Positions 61,017-64,000 of a stretch of 64,000 nucleotides of DNA are shown here, piece by piece; within the stretch, counting starts at the first letter, position 1; the number at the start of each line of letters is the position of its first letter. Both the position numbers and the translations under genes were made by a program. The notes under the pieces are model-generated. The model saw nothing but the letters and a program-made list of their open reading frames with translations. It was not told the DNA's origin and made no database searches. Source of the stretch: an uncultured delta proteobacterium (lineage in GTDB: Bacteria > Myxococcota_A > Polyangia > Polyangiales > Polyangiaceae); NCBI GenBank assembly GCA_963782055.1, contig CAWAIF010000003.1, positions 5,696,001-5,760,000 on the forward strand. Direction: 5' to 3'.

Positions 61017-62846
61017 ATGAGCGAAGCCCACCACCTCTTTGGACGGACGCCGGGTCGGGTCGCTTCACTCTCGAGGGCGGCGGCGGGCTTTTTTTGTGCT
61101 GCCTTCATCGGCTTCTGCCTCTCCACATCCGCACACGCGGACACACCTCCGCACCTGCGCGTGCGCGGCACCCCGCTCATCGACGCGCACGCCTCGCGAG
61201 ACCACGGGCGGCTCGCCCTCGACGCGCGAGTGCTGGACGACGCGGCGGCTCCGGTGGGCGGCGCGGCGGTGTCGGTGACGATCGCCCGGGCCGACGCGCC
61301 GGACAGGCCCATCGCGATCGACGCGGAGGGGCCGGCCGCTCCCCTGCCCTGCGGCGCGGCGCCGACCGACGCCCGCGTGCGCGCCCACGTGGAGGTGGCC
61401 GGGCCGGCCCTGCGCGTGCGCGCCGACGACGGCGGTCGCGTCTGCCTGTGGATCCCCCTCGCGGTGGATCGGTACGTCGTGAAGCTCGCGACCGACGCGA
61501 CCGACTTCCTCGCGCCGGCGTCCGCCGAGCTGCCGGTGGATCTCTCCCGGCGCTCGGTGCTCCTGCGCTTCGACCCGGAGCCGCGGATCATCGCGCTGGA
61601 CGGGCCCGCGGCCACGCTGGACGTGCTGGCGATCTACGACGAGCAGTCGCAAGGCACGCTGGCCTTCGCGCAGGGCATCGGCGTGACGGTCACGACGGAG
61701 TCGGGGAAGGCCGTCGCCAGCGGACCCATCGGTCCAAACGGCCGCTTCACCTTCGTGGTGGCCCCGCAGGCGGTGGGTCCGCCCGGGCGCGGGGAGCTGC
61801 GGGTGCAGTTCGACGGCGACGCTGACACGATGTCCAGCCGTCACGTGGCGCCGGTGCAGCGCGACGCGCGGGTGACGCTGGTGGCCGGCGCGGTCGCCGC
61901 GGGGGACCCGGAGCAGGGTCTCACCGTGCCGGTGGAGGCCAGGACCGTCTTCGGCGGCGTGCCGTCGGGGAGCGTCGAGGCGCGGCTCGGTGGGGTGCTG
62001 GTGGGCGCGGCGCCGATCCATGCGGGCAAGGCGGCGCTCGTCGTCACCTTCGCCCAGCCGCGCACCAGCTCGGCGAACCTGACGCTGCGCTACCTGCCGG
62101 AGGCGCCCTGGTACCAGGCGGGGGAGGCGATCGCGGTCGCCGTACCGCTGCGCGGTCCGAGCCCGTGGCGGCGCGCGCCGCTGGTGGTGGGGGCGCTCCT
62201 CATCGCTTCGTGGCTCTTCGCCGGGCGGCTCACGCGCCGTCGCAAGGACCGCACCGTGGTGATGAGCAGGCCGCCGATGCCGGAGGGCACCGCGGGCATC
62301 TCGGTGATCCGCTCCTCGCGGCAGCGGAGCGGGGCGTGGCACGGCCGCGTGATCGACGCGCACGATGGCACCCCGGTGGTGCGCCCGCGGCTGTCGGTCG
62401 AGGAGCCCGGCTTCGAGGGCGCGAAGGTGGTGACCAGCGTCTTCGGCGACGAGTACGGCACCTTCGTCTTCGAGCTGCCGAGGGCGGCGGCGGCCAACGC
62501 GGAGCTGGTGGTGGAGGCGCCCCTGCACGCGCAGCTCCGCCAGGCGCTGCCCGGCGCGGGCGAGCTCTCCATCGCGCTGGTGCTCCGCAAGCGACGCCTG
62601 CTGGAGCGGCTGGTGCGCTGGGCGCAGCGTCGCGGCGCACCCTACGACGCCAAGCCGGAGCCGACGCCCGCGCAGGTGCGCAAGGCGGCGCGCGCTGCGC
62701 CGGATGCCGCCCGCTGGGCGGACGCGGTGGAGCGCGCCGCGTACGAGGGCGGAGAGGTGGACGCGCGGGTGGAGGCGGAGGTTGACGCGCTGGAGCCGCG
62801 CCACCCCGAGCCCCGCCCGGCGGGGGGCGCGCGCCCGCCGAAGTGA
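61017..62846 (+). CDS. Hypothetical membrane protein with Ig-like/carboxypeptidase-regulatory-like beta domains
   Basis: Signal-like N-terminus; beta-rich region; TM (APLVVGALLIASWLFA); GRVIDAHDGTPV. Confidence 0.7.
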   Translation: MSEAHHLFGRTPGRVASLSRAAAGFFCAAFIGFCLSTSAHADTPPHLRVRGTPLIDAHASRDHGRLALDARVLDDAAAPVGGAAVSVTIARADAPDRPIAIDAEGPAAPLPCGAAPTDARVRAHVEVAGPALRVRADDGGRVCLWIPLAVDRYVVKLATDATDFLAPASAELPVDLSRRSVLLRFDPEPRIIALDGPAATLDVLAIYDEQSQGTLAFAQGIGVTVTTESGKAVASGPIGPNGRFTFVVAPQAVGPPGRGELRVQFDGDADTMSSRHVAPVQRDARVTLVAGAVAAGDPEQGLTVPVEARTVFGGVPSGSVEARLGGVLVGAAPIHAGKAALVVTFAQPRTSSANLTLRYLPEAPWYQAGEAIAVAVPLRGPSPWRRAPLVVGALLIASWLFAGRLTRRRKDRTVVMSRPPMPEGTAGISVIRSSRQRSGAWHGRVIDAHDGTPVVRPRLSVEEPGFEGAKVVTSVFGDEYGTFVFELPRAAAANAELVVEAPLHAQLRQALPGAGELSIALVLRKRRLLERLVRWAQRRGAPYDAKPEPTPAQVRKAARAAPDAARWADAVERAAYEGGEVDARVEAEVDALEPRHPEPRPAGGARPPK

Positions 62847-62897
62847 TCCGCCAGGAGGTCGGCCCGGGCGCGGGTCCCGGAGAGTCGCGGTGCGCGG

Positions 62898-62927
62898 TTG
62901 ACCTGGGCGTCGCCCGGTTTCTATAGT
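62898..62927 (+). promoter_or_regulatory. Sigma70-type promoter for ftsY
   Basis: TTGACC-N18-TATAGT. Confidence 0.6.
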
Positions 62928-62955
62928 CGCCGCCCCGAACGGAGCGAGAACCGAG

Positions 62956-64000
62956 ATGACCTTCGTCTACATCCTGGGCGTAGTGGCGGTGCTCGCGGTC
63001 GCCTACTTCGCCTTCTTCCGGAAGAAGCCCGCGGAGCTGCCGCCCGCGGAATCAGCGAAGGGCAAGCTCCCGGAAGCGAAGCCCACGGTGAAGGAGAGCG
63101 CGCGCCTCCCGGCGCCGGAAGCGAAGCCGCCCCCGAAGGCCAAGCCGAAGGCGGAGGACAAGAGGCCCGCCGCCGTCCCCGTGGAGGAGGAGGTCCCGGT
63201 GGAGGCCGAGGCCCCCGCCGTGGAAGCGCGGCCGAAGGCCAGCCCCACGCCGCCGGCGAAGAAGGACGTGGCCGGCCTGCGCAAGGGCCTCGCGGCCACG
63301 CGCGGCGGCTTCATCGCGCGCCTCAAGTCGCTCTTCACAGGCCACAAGGAGATCGACCCCTCCATCCTGGAGGAGCTGGAGGAGGTCATGCTCTCCAGCG
63401 ACGTCGGCGTGAAGACCACGCAGACGATCCTCGCCCGGCTGCGCGAGCGCCTGGAGAAGCACGAGCTCGGCGACGAGGACGCGGTGTGGGCGGCCCTGCG
63501 GGAGGAGGCGACGGAGATCCTCTCCATCGGCGGCGGCGGGGTCCACCCCTCCGGGAAGCCGACGGTGGTCCTGATGGTGGGGGTCAACGGCGTCGGCAAG
63601 ACGACCACCATCGGCAAGCTCGCCACCCGCGCCAAGGACGTCGGCCAGAAGGCGGTCCTCGCCGCGGGCGACACCTTCCGCGCGGGCGCCGTCCACCAGC
63701 TGGAGCTCTGGGGCAACCGCGTCGGCGCCGAGGTGGTCAAGGGCAAGGAGGGCGGAGACCCCGGCGCGGTCGCCTTCGAGGCCACCAACAAGGCCAAGGA
63801 GCTCGGCGCCGACCTCCTCTTCGTCGACACCGCCGGCCGCCTCCACACCAAGACCCCGCTGATGGACGAGATCAAGAAGGTCCGCCGCACCATCGGCAAG
63901 GCCCTGGAGGGCGCCCCCCACGAGACGCTGCTGGTGCTCGACGCGACCACCGGGCAAAACGCCCTCACCCAGGCCAGCATGTTCAAGGAGGCGGTGGACC
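62956..64000 (+). CDS. ftsY: Signal recognition particle receptor FtsY (3' end outside window; absent from the ORF track)
   Basis: Manual translation from ATG 62956: N-terminal TM, Pro/Glu-rich linker, SDVGVKTT, GVNGVGKTTTIGKLA, AAGDTFRA, DTAGRLHTK, VLDATTGQNAL. Confidence 0.96.
   Translation, partial: MTFVYILGVVAVLAVAYFAFFRKKPAELPPAESAKGKLPEAKPTVKESARLPAPEAKPPPKAKPKAEDKRPAAVPVEEEVPVEAEAPAVEARPKASPTPPAKKDVAGLRKGLAATRGGFIARLKSLFTGHKEIDPSILEELEEVMLSSDVGVKTTQTILARLRERLEKHELGDEDAVWAALREEATEILSIGGGGVHPSGKPTVVLMVGVNGVGKTTTIGKLATRAKDVGQKAVLAAGDTFRAGAVHQLELWGNRVGAEVVKGKEGGDPGAVAFEATNKAKELGADLLFVDTAGRLHTKTPLMDEIKKVRRTIGKALEGAPHETLLVLDATTGQNALTQASMFKEAVD

Noticed and set aside
63003..63986. Minus-strand ORFs near the window end
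   Set aside because: Antisense to ftsY, which is clearly the real gene

Overview
High-GC DNA from a myxobacterium, most likely Polyangiaceae/Labilithrix-like (inferred from gene content). The left half (1-33 kb) is mixed housekeeping and accessory genes: an MFS transporter, a yqjG-type GST, a hemerythrin, an archaeal-type SAM synthetase divergent from pcm, rpiB, a hybrid kinase, an FrgA-like protein, cobA-hemD, hemB, ppa, ribE-ribB(X)-nusB, an amidase, a TPR-PEGA protein and an FHA-sigma54 activator. A complete single-ORF IS66 (33305-34820, 8-bp target duplication) follows. The right half holds a rearranged gliding-motility (Glt) cluster: gltC-gltD-gltE-gltF-gltG (frameshifted), a TPR lipoprotein and giant gltI/agmK, with a divergent gltK/cglC-like lipoprotein. 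After it come yraN, HAMP and HEAT proteins and the 5' part of ftsY. The least explained structure is a pair of dispersed MarR-like cassettes that share a TGTCC-N-GGACA palindrome, a sigma54 -24/-12 promoter at the same spacing and a near-leaderless start. Also notable are a recurring leaderless -10/N6/start pattern and a non-coding-looking in-frame insert in hemD. Gene calls come from motif recognition by eye; no database searches were run.
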